Assembly: GCA_009914755.4 (NCBI GenBank)
Contig: CP068257.2
Span: forward strand, 14,624,001 to 14,688,000
Reading direction: 5' to 3'
Length of the DNA stretch: 64,000 nt
From: the human T2T-CHM13v2.0 reference genome, Homo sapiens
Positions 1-15,600 of the stretch are shown here, piece by piece (within the stretch, counting starts at the first letter, position 1; every line of letters starts with the position of its first letter). A program made the position numbers and the translations under genes. A model generated the notes under the pieces. That model was given only the letters and a program-made list of their open reading frames with translations. It made no database searches and was not told the origin of the DNA.

Positions 1-1564
1 TTTTGTGCCTGTTATTCTGTCTTGAATATTGGTGCAAATTTTGTATTTTCATTGCAAAATGCCAGCCTCTTAAGTAACTGTAACTCATCATATGACAGAT
101 GGAATAAAATGGCTACCAGTAATGCAGAGTTAAGCTAGGAAATAGTTTAGCTTTTAGTGTTAATTTTACTTCAAGGAAATTAGAGCATTTTATACATTTA
201 TAACCATCAGTCTTGGCTGAAATACTTAATGGAGGCATGATAACATATCTTGTACCTTTATAGATGTTGTAGCTCAAAATTATGTTTAAAAGTTGCTTTT
301 CCAATTAGGAGATCCTAACTTCGTTGGCAAAGAAATAATACACGGTAAAACAAACAAACCACCAATATAGGCATTATGAAAGAGGAAAAACTTAATAATT
401 GGCATTGCAAATGGGTAATTATCTAATTATCTACAGAAGAAAATGTTAAATGACATAATAAACAGAATTAGAAAAACTGGGCAAGATACAAATATTAGCT
501 TTTCAGGTCAGACCATAGCACAAAAGGAGATAGCAAAGTAAGATTTCAGTTTGGGATTAAAACCTCTTAAAAAGGATTTTAAAAAGATCAATTAAATTTG
601 GGCTTCAATTTCTCCATGAAATGCTACAATGTATGGGATTAAATATATACATTATTGATATGACTAGTTTAAAACTGTTCATGACATCTTACCTGAAGTT
701 GTATCCCTCCTGGAAGACAAGAATGTAACAAATATTCTGAAAAAACTTCAGAAAGTATATTATTATTGGAATTATAATTATTTGATGAAATTCAATTAGT
801 GTTTATTAATAATGAGCTTGACATAGAATGCATTATATAGACGGTCACCCAAGTGTCTAATCTTACACACTAAAATATACATGCTGGGAAATGAAGATAG
901 GGAAAATATAATGATGGCAGAACATAACATTACCAAAATATAAATTGTCTCTAGAGATTATTGTATCTTCCACTGTTCCACAGAAAGAATAATTTTGATA
1001 TTCTATTGCACATTGATAGTCATGGGATCTCTTCAGGAATTTTTTTTTCTTATGATAATGCTTGTGTTCTCGTCTTACAAAATTTTAAGAAAATTTCTTG
1101 TGAAAATGTGCTACTCTCTAAGACAGGCTACTGTCTAATTGTTGCCAAGCACAAGCTATAACTATGATAATGAGATTGGCTTATTTCCTTTGTGTTTGTC
1201 ATTCAGACCTGTTTTAAAATCTTGCAGTTTTAGATGTCAAATAGTCTGTGATGTAAAATCACCTAGATGACATGTTTCCACACTTGTCATCAACATGAAA
1301 TAATCATATTTCAGCACAGCTCCTCTGTCATATGAGAATTATGTGCCACAGAATCCAGATCCTGGAAAACTACAGGACCCTAATGTGTGTGTTATCAGAT
1401 TAAAACACCTGAAAATTTAGAATTTATGCATAATTAGCCATTTCAAAGACTTCACAGAATGAAAATAATCTACTGGGCAAAACATAATATATATATATAT
1501 GAAATCAAACATTGAATGAACACATGCTTTGTGTCAGGCATTGCTCTAAATACTTTAAATATAT

Positions 1565-1740
1565 TCTCATTTAACCTTTCAAATTCTTTATGGGTTGAGT
1601 ACTATTATCATTTCTATGTTATAGTTTGTAAATAGCTTCCAGAAGGTAAGGTCTAAAGTCACATTGCTAGTTTTTGGTTGAAAGGGACTCTGAACCCAGG
1701 CAAGCCAACTCCAGGGTTTGCACACTAATGTATAGCTATA
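1565..1740 (-). mobile_element. MIR SINE fragment (antisense)
   Basis: By eye, ...gggttgagtactattatcatttctatgttatag...ccagggtttgcacac reads as the reverse complement of the MIR core/5' region. Diverged and ancient. Confidence 0.4.
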
Positions 1741-2633
1741 CTTTTAAGAAAACTATGATTACTAGATATTTCAATTATATTTCAAAGGTCTTAGGTAAGT
1801 TAATTGTAGAATTGGGATAATGTCTTGGGTTCTTGGAGTACACTGCAATCACCATGTTCAGCTCTTTAGGATAATATGACAAATTCTAGCCTGTGCACAA
1901 CTGTTTCTCTGCCGGGTACATTTTCAGCTGTTTCTCTCCTTAACCTCTGCAATAGTAATCCAATCACCCTGAGATTCCTCATAGGTATTATAGCACAGCA
2001 TTAAACACTAGCCAGTTTCACCAGGGCTTTACAATTCTTGTTATGCTCTATCTAGGAGAAAACAGAACCAGTTTTTTTTTCTTTTAACTTTTCATCACTG
2101 ATAGAGGCCTGGTCTGAAAGTTTTTTATCATTTGAACCTACAGAACTGGATTCTAGAATTTATAGTGCCTGCCAAGTTGTGTGTAACCCTCGTGCTGGTT
2201 CTTGGGTTCTAATTGCTGCTGCATTCAACCCAACCTCCTGGCACCCCATTTGGACATTCTACATGGAACAATCAATTTCCCACCTTAGAATCTAAATTCT
2301 GATTATTTTAATCCGTGTTGGCTCTCCTTGTCCAGGCTCCCCCTGCCCATGGTTCTGATGTCCCAAAAGGCTTTCATACAGAATGCTGCTACGTAGCAAA
2401 ATAACTTTTATAATAGTTCTTGACTTGGATCTGCTATTTGGCTGTAGGTCTGTGAACCCTAACATTACCTGCAACATTATATGCATGTTCATAAGCACAT
2501 TTTTTTTTTTCTGAGCAGGGCCTAGAGTTTTAATTTTTTTCTTTCAAAGGTGTCTGTAATCCAATAATACTTAAAACCACTGCTACTAACAGATACAAAG
2601 CAAAAGAGAAGGGTGGTTTCTTGTTTTGACACC

Positions 2634-3030
2634 TGTGTTAGTCCATTTTGTGTGGCCATAACAAAATAGCACAAAGTGAGTAATTTATGAAGAACAGAAA
2701 TTTACTCTCTCAAAATTCTGGAGGCTGTAAGTCCAAGATCAAGACTCCAGCAGGTTCAGTGTCTCTGACGGCTGCTGTCCATTTCCAAGATGGTACTTCC
2801 TTGCTGCATCCTCCAGAGGGGAGGAACACTGGGTCTTCATGTGGCAGGAGGCTGAAGGGCAAGAAATCCTAATGCTACATGAAGCGTTAATCCCCTTAAT
2901 CCCATTTACAAGGGGAGGAGCCCTCATGGCCTAACCAGTTTTTAAAGTCCCTACCTCTTAATACATCACATTAAACATTAAGTTTCAACATTTAAATTTG
3001 GAATTTTGGGTAGTATATATTCAAACCATA
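2634..3030 (-). mobile_element. ERVL-MaLR solo LTR, MLT1-like
   Basis: Starts tgtgttagtccattttgtgtggccataacaaaatag and ends tttcaacatttaaatttggaattttggg. These are the reverse complements of the MLT1 LTR termini (TGTTGTGTCCCC...CCCGAACTAAGACA). About 390 bp with no adjacent internal ERV sequence. Confidence 0.6.
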
Positions 3031-4678
3031 GCAACCCCTGAATTAAATTATTTAAACATAAAGCAATATGTTCCTGAAATTACTATTTCACATGTTTAAT
3101 ATGTGCATGTGACTACTGGCTAACGTATTGAACAGCACAGCTTATAGCAATAAGTGATGTTGTGCAAGTTTAAAATATGGTGGCAGAGAGTAATATTGCA
3201 ACTGGGCTTTTGATTGTTTGTGAGAACCCAGTATTAACAGTCATATGAACAGTAGAGTATGCCTACTAAGAAGGTATAGTTAAACATTATTGTACATGTT
3301 TGAGTCTAAGAAATGCTAGCTGCATTTGATCTATATCAATGCCATATGGGTTTTTAAAAATCATGTATTGAATGTGATTTTCAAGTGGTTCAATGATGTA
3401 ACAGTGTTGGTAGGGTGATACTTTATAGAAATAAAGTAAATTGTGTAATTGAATTCAGTAGGAATTCATAAGTTCTGAAAATGTGGTAATAGTCTACAAA
3501 CCTTGAAATAAAGTGTAAAATATCACAGCTTTAAACAATGCTGGAATTGGTAAATATTGTTATGAAGACAGTAACAAAACATACTAAATAATTGATAAAG
3601 CTATAAAAACAAATATGAATATAGTATGTTATAAGTAGTGGTTACTAGAGAGCAGATGATAATATACATTATATTTAAACATATCTCTATAGAGTCAACA
3701 AAATAAAATAAACATTTTGGTAAAAATTACGTAAGCAACAAAATGAATTAGAGTGTATCTCTGCCTCATTACAAGTATAACAATAAATATTTTACAAACA
3801 ACTGTTAGAAATCATGTGATAAAATAATAGACGTTAAGGAACTGCAATATTTTCATCCATATTAGTAAATCAGGAGCATCAGGAAAAAAGAGAATAAGTG
3901 TTAATCAAACTGATAGATCATTGGATATCCTTATGAAGGTTGTATTTGCAGCATCAGGTAGAGTTCAGCTCTTCCTGTGACGGGTAAAGTCTTTATCTCT
4001 ATTTTTCTCCCAAGTGTTGACCTTCCAAGATATTATTCTGCAAATCTCTTAGCAAGCACATTTCTGACTTGTACAGCATTGAGCTTAAATCTGTATTGGA
4101 ACAACATTTCAACCGTATTTGAGTCATAGATTATGTTAGTAAAATGTTTATGTTTAAAATTTTTAGGGAAAAGCACCATTCTACTTCTAATTCACAGTGT
4201 AGGTGATGACTTATATTTGTAGGAAAAGTAAAGCTACAGCGCGGTGTTTTCTCTAGTATTGCTCTACCGTCAGAGAGTATTACCCTATTATTGTTCTCTT
4301 TAAATACAGGGTAATATTTGGCTGTGTTCTATAATGCCAACAAATACTTCACCTTAAAGGGCATTTTGGAAAAGTTCTTGTCAAGATTGGTTGACATTAT
4401 TATAATCAAATTAAAGTTTTCCTTGAATAAAAACATCATATACTGAGAGAAAAGAAAAGGATATTTGACGGATAAATGTTGCTTCCATCTTGTTAAAGAG
4501 TCTTTACCATTCCTTTTATAAAAATCTCAGTATTAAGAGTCATGGTCTCTTTAGAACATTGCCTTAAAGTTATCTGTAACAATAAGCATTCCTATGAACT
4601 ATTAGTTTTAAATAGAGTGAAAAGATGTTTCTTTCAAATAATTTTTCTTTGTTGCCAAATTCCCAAACTTTCTTTCAG

Positions 4679-4775
4679 TCAAAAAAAAAAAAAAAAAAAA
4701 AACCACAGGGCAACACACACACAGAGACAGAGAGGGAGAAGAGAGACAGAGACAGAGAGAGAGAGCGAGAATTCA
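4679..4775. repeat. A23 homopolymer followed by (CA)n/(GA)n dinucleotide repeat
   Basis: Direct reading: a 23-A run at 4679-4701, then acacacacacagagacagagagggagaagagagacagagacagagagagagagcgaga. Confidence 0.9.
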
Positions 4776-5021
4776 CAGAGGGACTGAATGAATGTCCAAG
4801 ATCTTGATATAACGCAAGGGAAATTGAACTGATAATCTTCACCTGTTTGTCCTGTCAGTTTACAAAAATATAGGCTTTGAGCTCAGGCACCATGGATTGG
4901 GATCCCATCTCTACCTTTTACTTACTGTCATTTAACCACTATAGGTCTCAGTTTTCACACCTTTTAAATGCAGAGAAAGTAGTAATTCCATCATAAAGGC
5001 AAAGATCTTATGCCTTATTTA

Positions 5022-5395
<374 letters not shown>

Positions 5396-6668
5396 GTTGA
5401 AGAAAATATTATGGATATTTATGAATATAAATATTCATAATAAAATAAAATGTTTATGAATGCAATTGAATAACATAACCAACAGATGCTAGGACAACAG
5501 CCAACAGGTGACTATTTGGTAATAATGATAGTTAATTATGCTTCCACTTACTAAGTTATTCTTGTTAATTTAAGCATCGTTTAAACTACATTTTGTATGA
5601 AATGGGTGTATTATTTTATTTCTTACATTCTACTTCAACTGGTTATCTTATATTTATATTGTTGTGTTTCAGCTAGATATGCTGTTGTGTTAGAACATAC
5701 ACTGTTATACACGATATATCTAGAACCTGTATTTTAGCAAACTTTTTGTTTCAGAAAGATAATAGAACTTTTTTCATTATTATACATAAAGTATGCTTTT
5801 TTTCTCCTGTGCTAAAACCTAAAGATTCTGCTTTAATTTTGGCTAAATTATTTTTTTCCCATCACTATCTATATTTAGAGCTTACTTCTGAGTTGTAGTT
5901 GGAAGAATTAAATGTGGGAGAGTATGTTTTGCCAAACCCAATCAGAAGGACTGCCTGGACTCTGTACATGAGCCTGTTGTGACCTGATTCTCATGTATTC
6001 TCGACACAATGCTGAAGGTCCAAAGCCCTGGCACTTCTAGGGAGCAAATACCTCCAGAGTTGAGTAAACCTGAATCAGGAACACTTTCTCTGACTGAATT
6101 CTACCTCAACAATATGCATATTCAAAAAAGAAAAGGTAACATCCTTGGAAAATATGTGCTGGGAACTGCCATATTCAAAATACTTCTAAAATAAATGGAG
6201 AGTTTTTTTTTTTTTTTTTAAACCAGGAAAAAAACTCTTGTGAAGAATTAGTTTCTAAGTTTTTGGTTTCTAAGTAGTTTCTAAGTTTTCTTTGTATTTT
6301 ATTGATCTCAAATGTTGTTGGGTTTTATACATCACGTAACTTTTGATGTTACTTATAGAATACTCTAATTCTATCATTAGATGTGTTTATTTCTGAAAAG
6401 TGAGTGATTGTTGAATAGAATCCCATTAGCAACATTAATGTTACAATTTAAAGACAATAATTTCTTGTAGAACTATGACGAGGATACAAGTTTTGCAATG
6501 TTAAACATTTTTGGAGGTGTACTTCCCTTGAGTGGGCACAGTTTTAGTCATTTTGATCTATTTTTAAGCTTCAGTTTGAAAAAGTCATACCTCATTTGTC
6601 CTTATAAATATTTATGTCATCTTATAACCAAATTAACTCCTAGATTTTCATTTGAAATAACTCACTTT

Positions 6669-6970
<302 letters not shown>

Positions 6971-8916
6971 TCACTTCAATAGTATACACTGCAAAAGCAT
7001 AACTATAAAATGGAATAAGACTTTATATGTTTTGCTTGACATTTTATATGCCTTATATATAACTTTTTTTACTTAAATGAGAATAGAATACAATATTTAA
7101 ACCAATAGCAAGGATGGACTATATGTACAAATCTTCACTATGAGCTTCAAAGGAATGTGTACTAATTGGAAAAACAGAAATAAGGCTAGACATAGAGGAT
7201 TCTGTTATGTCTCCTCCGAGTGACTAAATGGCTTCACAATATTACATATAGAACCTGCAGATGTAGCCCATTATTGACAAATATTATGGTTATTTTGATA
7301 TAAATATTTTGATATTATTTTGGTTATTATCATTTTGGTATCATCTTTATGGCTCAAATAAGTTTTCCAATTTTCCTTGAAACATCTTTAACCCTCCTTA
7401 AACATCCATTTATAAGCAAAGAAGCATATCGTCTCCCATTACCATGTTGGTCCACCTTCAGAACATTAAAAATAACTCATTAATGTAGTCTTCCACCTAA
7501 AGAGTTCTTCTCTAATTTTCTTTAAAAAGTTCTTTAATAAGTTGAATTACTTCACCAGTTAAATTTTAATGTATTTGAGGGCGAACCCCATATTCTTCTT
7601 TTTTTTAGTATCTATTATGATCAATGAAATGTTTCTGTTTCATTGATTATATTAGACTTTTTGTTCGTATGGTGCCTATTTAAACACTGTATTAATAGCA
7701 GTTAATATATATTGAATGGTTAACATTTCCCAATAACGTTCTGGCATCTGTAGTAACTGACTTAATTCTCACCCTAATCCTTTGAGATCACACCTATTTT
7801 ACAGACAAGAAAACCAATAAGAAGGATTATTAATTTGCCCAAAACCAATCAGCTATTAAGTGGCCATACTTTTTTTGACCCCCTAGAGTCTGGTTCCAGG
7901 GCCCCATGCTTTTCACTGCCTTAGTGTTTCTAAATTCATCTTCCTAAATATAGGACAAAACCTGAACCCTCCTGAAAGAGCAGTATAAAGTACAAAGGAG
8001 AGAGAAAAGATTGAGCAAAGGGAATAAAACTGCGAGTATGCCAGTTGAGCAAGCCACACGGTAATTTAACATAAGCCACCTGAAGCCAGGGTGAAAATCA
8101 AGGGTGGAAGCACACACACTTCTTGTGATGTGACAGGATGATTCATACCAGTCACTTTTAAAGCACTGTGTAATGAGCAGAGTCCTTAGAAACATCTTAG
8201 CATCAGATCAAGATACTGCTATTCCTCATACTGATTGATCTTTACTGATGTTTTAGACATTATATTTTAAAAATTCTGTGAAAGTGATTCCACGAGGGCA
8301 TTAAGATTGTGCAAATCCAAATATATAGACTTCTGCTGCCTTTATTAAACTGAAAGAATTTTAGGAAGCCTAGAGAAATGTGATGAAAATGATGATGTTG
8401 GTCATGGTCATGATGAAGAATCTTGCCAGTTTACTAGCATCAAGTATAAATTACAATCTTTTGATGTCAGTGATGTTATTTTAGAGCTCAGGAAACTGGA
8501 TCTTGGACAGGCCAAGGGGCACATAAGGTCAAAGAGCAAGTAGGTCCCTGAAGCTCAATCAGCATCTAGACCCTTACTCAAAAATCTATACTCTTCATCC
8601 TTACACTATAGATTTTTTCTCAAATCGGAATTTTGAAGGAAAATAACTACATGAGAAATTAACCATTATACTCTCTAGTTTAGGTATGTAATTGATAATT
8701 TTGATTAAAGACAGATCTACAAGCTATCCAGCAGGTGGGTGGTAAGGTTAACATTTTATAACAGAAGCAGGGACAAATATTGAAGTACTTACCTACTTCA
8801 CCTGGCTCTACTGGAAGGGAGAAGATACCAAGCAAAACAAAATTATCCTTAGAATGAAGTTCTGGTTTATTTCAACTTGCTATTGTTGTTATTGCTGGTT
8901 TTAACATGTGATAACA

Positions 8917-9304
8917 TTAGTTTGTTTGGGCTGCTATAATTAAATACCATAGATTAGGCAGCTTAAACAATAGAAATTTGTTTTCACACGGTTGTAGAGG
9001 TTAGAAGTCATGATCAAGGGCTTTGGTTTCTGGCAAGGGCTCTCTTTCTGGCTTGTAGATGTCCGTCTTCCTATGGCCTCATATGGCTTTTCCTCCATAT
9101 GTGTGTGCACAGAAAGAAAAAGAGTGAATTCTCTCTTGTCTGTTCTTATAAGGACGCTAATACTGTTGGATCAGAGTCCCATCATTATGACCTCGTTTAA
9201 CCTTCATTACTTCTTTAGAGGTTCCATCCCTGCGTATAGTCACACTGCGGGTTAGGGCTTCAACATGTAAATTTTAAGAGGATACAAACATTCAGTCCAT
9301 AACA
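8917..9304 (-). mobile_element. ERVL-MaLR solo LTR, MLT1-like (second copy)
   Basis: tagtttgtttgggctgctataattaaataccatagattaggcagcttaaacaatagaaatttgttttcacacggttgtagaggttagaagtc...gggttagggcttcaacatgtaaattttaagaggatacaaacattcagtccataaca. This is the reverse complement of the MLT1 consensus (TGTTGTGTCCCCCAAAATTCATATGTTGAAGCCCTAACCC...). Confidence 0.55.
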
Positions 9305-11199
9305 ATATGAAAACCTCAACTTGTCTCTAGGTTTATCAGAGGCTCTCTAAAAGCTTTGTTAAACCTCGTAGCATGGAGTCACATTGCTATCTATATTCTC
9401 GTTGTAAATACACACATCCAGATTCAAGTTGTCAATTGCTTCCACCCTTTACCACCTCCAAGCTATTCTTGGGGCCACATTCTCTCGCTTTGGCTCCCAG
9501 AGTTTCAGGCAGAAAAGAGAGTGCTATTGGTTGCCACTTCTCAAGCCCTCCAGTAACATCTACATTCAACTTTGCCTCCTCCTCCACCTTGTTATGAATT
9601 GCAAGACCCCATGAAAATCAATGGAACACATTCCTTAGAAAAAGAATGGGGAGCCCTACTCTAGAACTTCACTAATATTTTGAAGAGCAAATTCTTCAAG
9701 GGAATGGTCAAACCAATAATTTCTGCTTCTCAGAAAATACTTGTCACAATAGAAATTGAGGTTTGATAATACAGATTCTGTCCTAAAATATTATGATTCC
9801 TTTGGTGATTAATGAAAGTAAACTATCACATTAACATTTTGATGTGATATAACTCATTAACATATAGTCTTATGAAAAAAATTATTGATTTTTACATAGC
9901 CATACTAAATATTAAACTCACTACTATAAAATTAGCTTATTGTTTAATTATTCCACAAAAGAGGAATATATATTTCAGATCATTTTCCATTTTCTAAAAT
10001 AGCCCTTTTCACATATTTGCGTAACTGCAAGTATGTCTTCAGCATCCATTGATTTACTGATTTTATATATTTAAAGGCAAATTTTTTAGGTATATTTGAA
10101 GAGCCATTGGACTTTCTATGCTTTCAGAAACAGTAGAATGCATATTAATTATAATAATAATTTATATCAATGCTGAATAATAATATTGAACTTTATATTA
10201 CAATTATGGTTCCAATATGTATTTCATAAATTTCTAAATCTTAATACCTAAATAGAATGCTATGAGGCACTGGAATGTTTAATACACAACTAAATTTTCT
10301 TTCTTTTGAAAATTTGTCAAATTTCTGTGACTCAAATTTGATAGAAGAGAATTCTTTGACCTACTGGTTCCTATGATTCACATACGAAGGGTGATACCTA
10401 TGGGTATAGAGCAAATGCGTGTTTTATTTATAATAGCAACTTTGTTTTAGATAAATTCAGTGAAATAATAAATGTATATGACTTTTTTATGTGAATGGTT
10501 AAGGAATGATTTTATGTTTCTTTTATTTTACCTCTTTAAAAAAGAAATCATATGTTTGAGAGTTTGTGCATTTCTATCTTCTTAAATATTAACAACATTT
10601 CTGGATATATGGTTATAGAGGTTTGCATAATATTTAGTCAAATCAGATTTATTTATATGTACTTTAGAAGTATTCTTTTTAAACAGTATTCAACTTTCTC
10701 TGACATATGCAGCTGCAGCAAAAAACGTTTACTGAAAGATACCTTGGAATCATTTGTGTACAGAGTTTAAAAGTTAATGTTGTCTTATTTACCAAAATAA
10801 AATAAGAAAATAAAGATTTGATAGGGCCAGAATGTTAATTAGACTAGAAAATGCAACTTTTTATTCTGTAAATAGATCAGAGTGTGTTAAAGCAATCTGA
10901 AAATCTGAAGCATAAATGTAGAAAAAATTTTAAACTTCTTTACTCTTTGTTAACTCATCAAGTTGAAATGAAAGTTAAGTGCATTTAAAGGCATTTTCAG
11001 TAGAAAACAGCTTTTCTTTGGGAGCTGCTGGGCAAACATCCTTTTTTTAATGAAATAGATATTGTATATTATTTATGATAAAGGTAAATAAATACAGATA
11101 AAGCACTTAGATGAAAAAAATAGACTGCAAACACTGTTATACATTCACTTGTAGGTTCTTAAGTCATTTTTTTTGTTCTTTTGTTCTGTAATTGATTGC

Positions 11200-12600
11200 T
11201 AGCACCCCCTTTAACCCACCTTAAAGGGCAAGCAGGAAATTCATGTTTTCGTTCATCAGCCCATCCCTCTGAAAAGCGTTCGATATTAAAACAGTTTTCA
11301 AGGAGCAAAAGCAGAGGAAAGAAGAGGCCCAGCTAGACTGTAGCAAGGTTAGAAGATACACGCAAGATTGCCTGCCACACACATCGGGTCTTGTTCCTGT
11401 CCAGTATTTGCATGGAGATATCAAGTTAATTAGGGTAGGACTCTGTTCTTCGCTTTCTATGTGACCTTTTATTATATCTGTGGCTCTCTAGTTCATATGG
11501 TGTCATAAAGCTATGGGAAAGTCTTTCTAGTGTTTGACACAAACTGCAAAAGAAATAAGCATTGATATTTCCCTTTGCCTGAAGGTTTTTACAGCAGCAA
11601 AATACTGCAGAGGCAAAGTTGATATTGTGGTAGATTTGCTGTGGGTGTAAGAATGTTTCTTTTGTCTTTCGGCTCCCCGCTTCCCCCGATGATGATCAGG
11701 TGCGACCTAGAGAGTTGTGGAGAGGAATGGGGTATTGGTTGGGGAGGGGGTGCGGGTTAGTTCAGGAGGAGGTTACATGGCGGAATTCCCACGAATGCTG
11801 GCGAAGGATGAAAAAGATGAAGAAATCTTGTTTTTCTGAACGAGAGGATTCTCTGCATGACTTCCCCACTGTTGGGGTGATGAGCTTTCAGGCTGAGATT
11901 TTATTAACAATTCATATGGAGATTGAGGGCAGTGGAGGAGCAGATTCTCACATAAACTTGATCTGTCCATGAATGCAGTTCTCTGTTTGCCCTGACCCTG
12001 CATGGCTTAAGACACTGCCTGTGAGGCCAGTGTGCCAGACACAAAGAAAGAAATGAAAAGCAAGCACATTCCAGGAGTCTGCACAAAGGAGCCCGGCCGT
12101 TTCTAGTCGTCTCCCCAGAGAGGATCTTATCTCTGCACAGCCAAAAACCTCTAAAATGTTTATTTGTGTACTTAAAGTTTTAAAATCCATGTGGCTGTTC
12201 ATTAAGCAACAGTCAATAGAGAGGTTTTGTGAGGTTTTAAAATGTTGTTTTCTGAACTTGTTGAAACTGGAAAAATATTTGCAAGGGTACATTTTCTGAA
12301 GTTTAGCTTTAGAAGTCACTGGCCTTGAGTTGTTTTTACTTTGTCAATTGGTAGGTAGCCTGCAAAATGAGTCCTTTCCAGCTTTGGGAGAGGCCAGAAC
12401 AACATCTTAAATCTTGATTTGACTTCGTAATACATCCTGACACTGCAAGCTCTGAAACTTGTGGCAGAGAGTTAATGCATGAGACAAAACTGACCTGGGA
12501 TCACAAGTGGACATCCTCACGCTCATGATCACAGACCACAGTGTTACATTAGAAAAACTATGGGAGAAGCAAGTGCAGAGAAAAGTTTGAGTGAGAAGAA
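11200..12600. other. Unique G+C-enriched, CpG-containing block in an AT-rich background (candidate conserved non-coding element / lncRNA exon)
   Basis: No recognisable repeat. About 16 CpG dinucleotides (e.g. agcgttcgat, ccccgcttcccccgatg, ggcggaattcccacgaatgctggcgaagg, ccggccgtttctagtcgtc), whereas flanking sequence has almost none. The overlapping ORFs on both strands (11700..11972 +, 11948..12319 -) are a by-product of G+C richness, not coding evidence. Confidence 0.3.
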
Positions 12601-15600
12601 AGAGTGAGAGAAACTAGGAACTTTTATTATAATGTTTTTACAATTATTGGCAGTTCACTATCTCTAGAAGCATTATAACAGGATAATGACAAGCTCTCAC
12701 AAGACATTTCTCTGTAACTTAATATAATAGGTTTTATTGTTTGACAAATGCATTGTCTGAAAGTATGACATCTTTAGGTTCAGGGGATAAAAACTCGATA
12801 TACATAATTCTGCTGCTCAAATACATGTTTCCACAGATACTTAAAATTCAGAAAATCCAGATACACAGGCTTTTTAATTTTGCATATGTGTTTAGCTGTT
12901 CAAATTACTTCAAACTTTTATGGTTCATTAATTAAATAACCAGTAGAGGAATGCAGACAAATGCCATTAATTATGATAGGTTTTGTTCCTTTCATTTTAT
13001 AGTGGTTTTATTTCCATGAAATTAACTGTTGTACTTAGGCTAATTGTCAGTAATTGGTGACAAAATCACTTCATTGTTTTTCTATAGCATGATACTAATG
13101 AGGATATTTGCAATATTGGCCCAACCATGTGTGTATTTTACCTTCTGTGTTTAGTCAGTGGTAGATAATATCAAATGCAACTTTTTAAGAGAACCATGAG
13201 ATAAAACATTTCTATTAATAATTAAACAAGTCTTTTAAACAGCCTGTCATAAATTAATTTTAAAACATCGAGATTGAAGGAAGCTTTTATTTTAGGTTTA
13301 GTTGGTTTCATGAAATATCAACTAATTTTCCTGATTTGAATTGAATTGTATTGGAATCATCTATGCAATATCGCAATTACAAATCTCAACTGCTTAGCCA
13401 CATGTATTTTTATTATTCTATTTGTGTAGGCAATGCTAAAATTAGCATTGCTAAACATGCTTTTGTGAGGTATCACAGAGCTGAGTGGGATTGCCTTTCT
13501 TTTCACACCTGATGGTTAAATTCTCATAATATATAGCAATATTACTTATTCTTGTTTTCTAACAGTATTTTCCTGTTTCATTTTGCCACATGAAAATGTT
13601 TTTCAAAACATTGTATTTCAAATGAATATATATGAAACAGTTGAGATCATGAAAGCTTGGTTTTATGTATTTTTTTCAACATTAAAAAAATATACTTCCA
13701 TGTAAGTAATGGGTTATAAAGAGAAAAAGCAGTGGGAGAGTATTCCATTTTGTGAAGTGAGATTTAATGCCAATGGCAGAAAATATTGCAACACTACTTA
13801 TCCCATTAAAACAATCACAGCCAATACTGCTTTGCTCACTTCGTTCCTTAAAAGAATTCTTCTCAATAGATTCCCCTATGATTTTTATGAATTCGTAAGT
13901 TACAAAAGTTTTCTAGTACTTTGAAGTACAGTCTTTTTGCTTCTTTTTCTTATTCTAAGATGCTTTTACCAATCAAGTGCCATTTTACAGTTTATAGCCC
14001 ACTCTGTTTGTTTTAAATGCAACCATAATGTATACCTTAGAGCTGAGTGTCTCCCAATCATCCTGAAAAAAGTTTTTACAAAGCAATTAGAAAAATAATT
14101 GCCTATTAAAAGGTGAAGATTGGTTTGAGTAGGGAGAGCAGAAACTGAACTCTGAAATTGAAAGCATTCATTGTTAGAGGAAACATATGCACCAAATCCA
14201 AAATTAAAGAAAACTCACAAAATACGTATCTTGGCAAGGGGAATTGTTTGAATTTTCTAAAGCTGTCAGTCCATTTTCTCTACTTTTTTTCCAGTAAAGA
14301 AAAACTTCAAATGGAAAGCTTCACCTTTTGTACAAAGTTGAAATGTTTTATTATTGCAGAATTGTTCTACACTGTACAAAACCAGAACAATTCAATAGCT
14401 TCCGGGGGGCCAGGGGATGGGGAAACAAATGAGAATCTTTCCATCATTCTAGAATACCCATAGCAGAGCAAAAATAAGTATAAAAATCTATGGTCATTTC
14501 CTTGAAAAAAAGAATCTTTTGATTACAGCAGTTATTTGAATACCCATTCAGGCTCTTTTGTGACATGTAATAAGTGCTCTTCTCCCAAATGAAAAATACT
14601 CTTAGGGAACAAAAATCAAACATAAACTACGTTCAGATGCTGCATTTCAATAGGTGACCCCATAGGATTAAGCAAAGGTTATTTTTCTTTTTTGCATGTG
14701 CTCTAAAAAATAAATTCCCCAGAGTTAAATTTTGTTTGTTTGTTTTTCATCTTACTGGTGTATTTCCAATATGTTTTCTTGCTTTTTGTCAGTTTCAAAT
14801 ATATAGAATGTGAAAAATAAACAAGGCGGGAACTGACTTCAAGTTTTAAGAGTGATAAAGTATTGTGAAAGTTACTTAGAGAAGATGATTTTTCTCTGAT
14901 TTATCCTGCCATATTATAGACTCTGGAGAATACAATAATATGGAGGTTTTTTTCTCTTTCTTGAGTATTCTAACTGTTCAAGGAAAATACTAGAAAGAAG
15001 TAGGACTCTGGTAATACTATGAGCCATATCCATGGGCATCTAAATCCTGTAGAAAAAAATAATAAATACAGTTTGCTTCTCACTTAATCATACTTGACAA
15101 CCATATAGACACTGCTGGGGCCATCATGAGTAGCAGGCGGTATGTTTGACTGTTTTGGCCCCAGAAGTCTTTATAATTGTAATCAGTTTCTTCATCAGTC
15201 CATGCTGTGCCAATACCCCTAACTAGCCATAGTGTCATTTTAAAAATTAAAAATAACCCACATTCAATAACATCAACAACAACAACCACCCCTCAGCATA
15301 AACTATGTTCTCTGTGTGAACTCACAGTACGGAGCAGTTGCATCCAACCCCTGGGCTCTGATTTACTTGGCACACTTGGGGTTAATCAAATTCCCCCACT
15401 GTGAGGTGCACACACATTTAGAGGACTATAACACACTCTAATGCTACCTAACTCTGCTGTCATTTTTAATATTTTCATGAGTTTTTTTTAAGTGATGTGC
15501 ATAGCAGAAATAGCCTGACTTTTTCTTACTGCTAAATAGAGTGCCCACCAACTAAAGCAAACAACAATAAATTAAATAAAAAATGATCAGATGTAGAACA

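Noticed and set aside
4679-4701. A23 tract as the poly(A) tail of a retroposed gene or SINE
   Set aside because: The upstream sequence has no Alu/L1 3' end or AATAAA signal that I can see, and it is followed by a (CA)n/(GA)n repeat. A simple-sequence expansion is the simpler explanation.
11948-12319. 123-aa minus-strand ORF and overlapping 90-aa plus-strand ORF in the G+C-rich block
   Set aside because: Mutually overlapping frames on both strands, no recognisable protein similarity, no splice or Kozak context. The block is explained by composition and kept only as a non-coding candidate.
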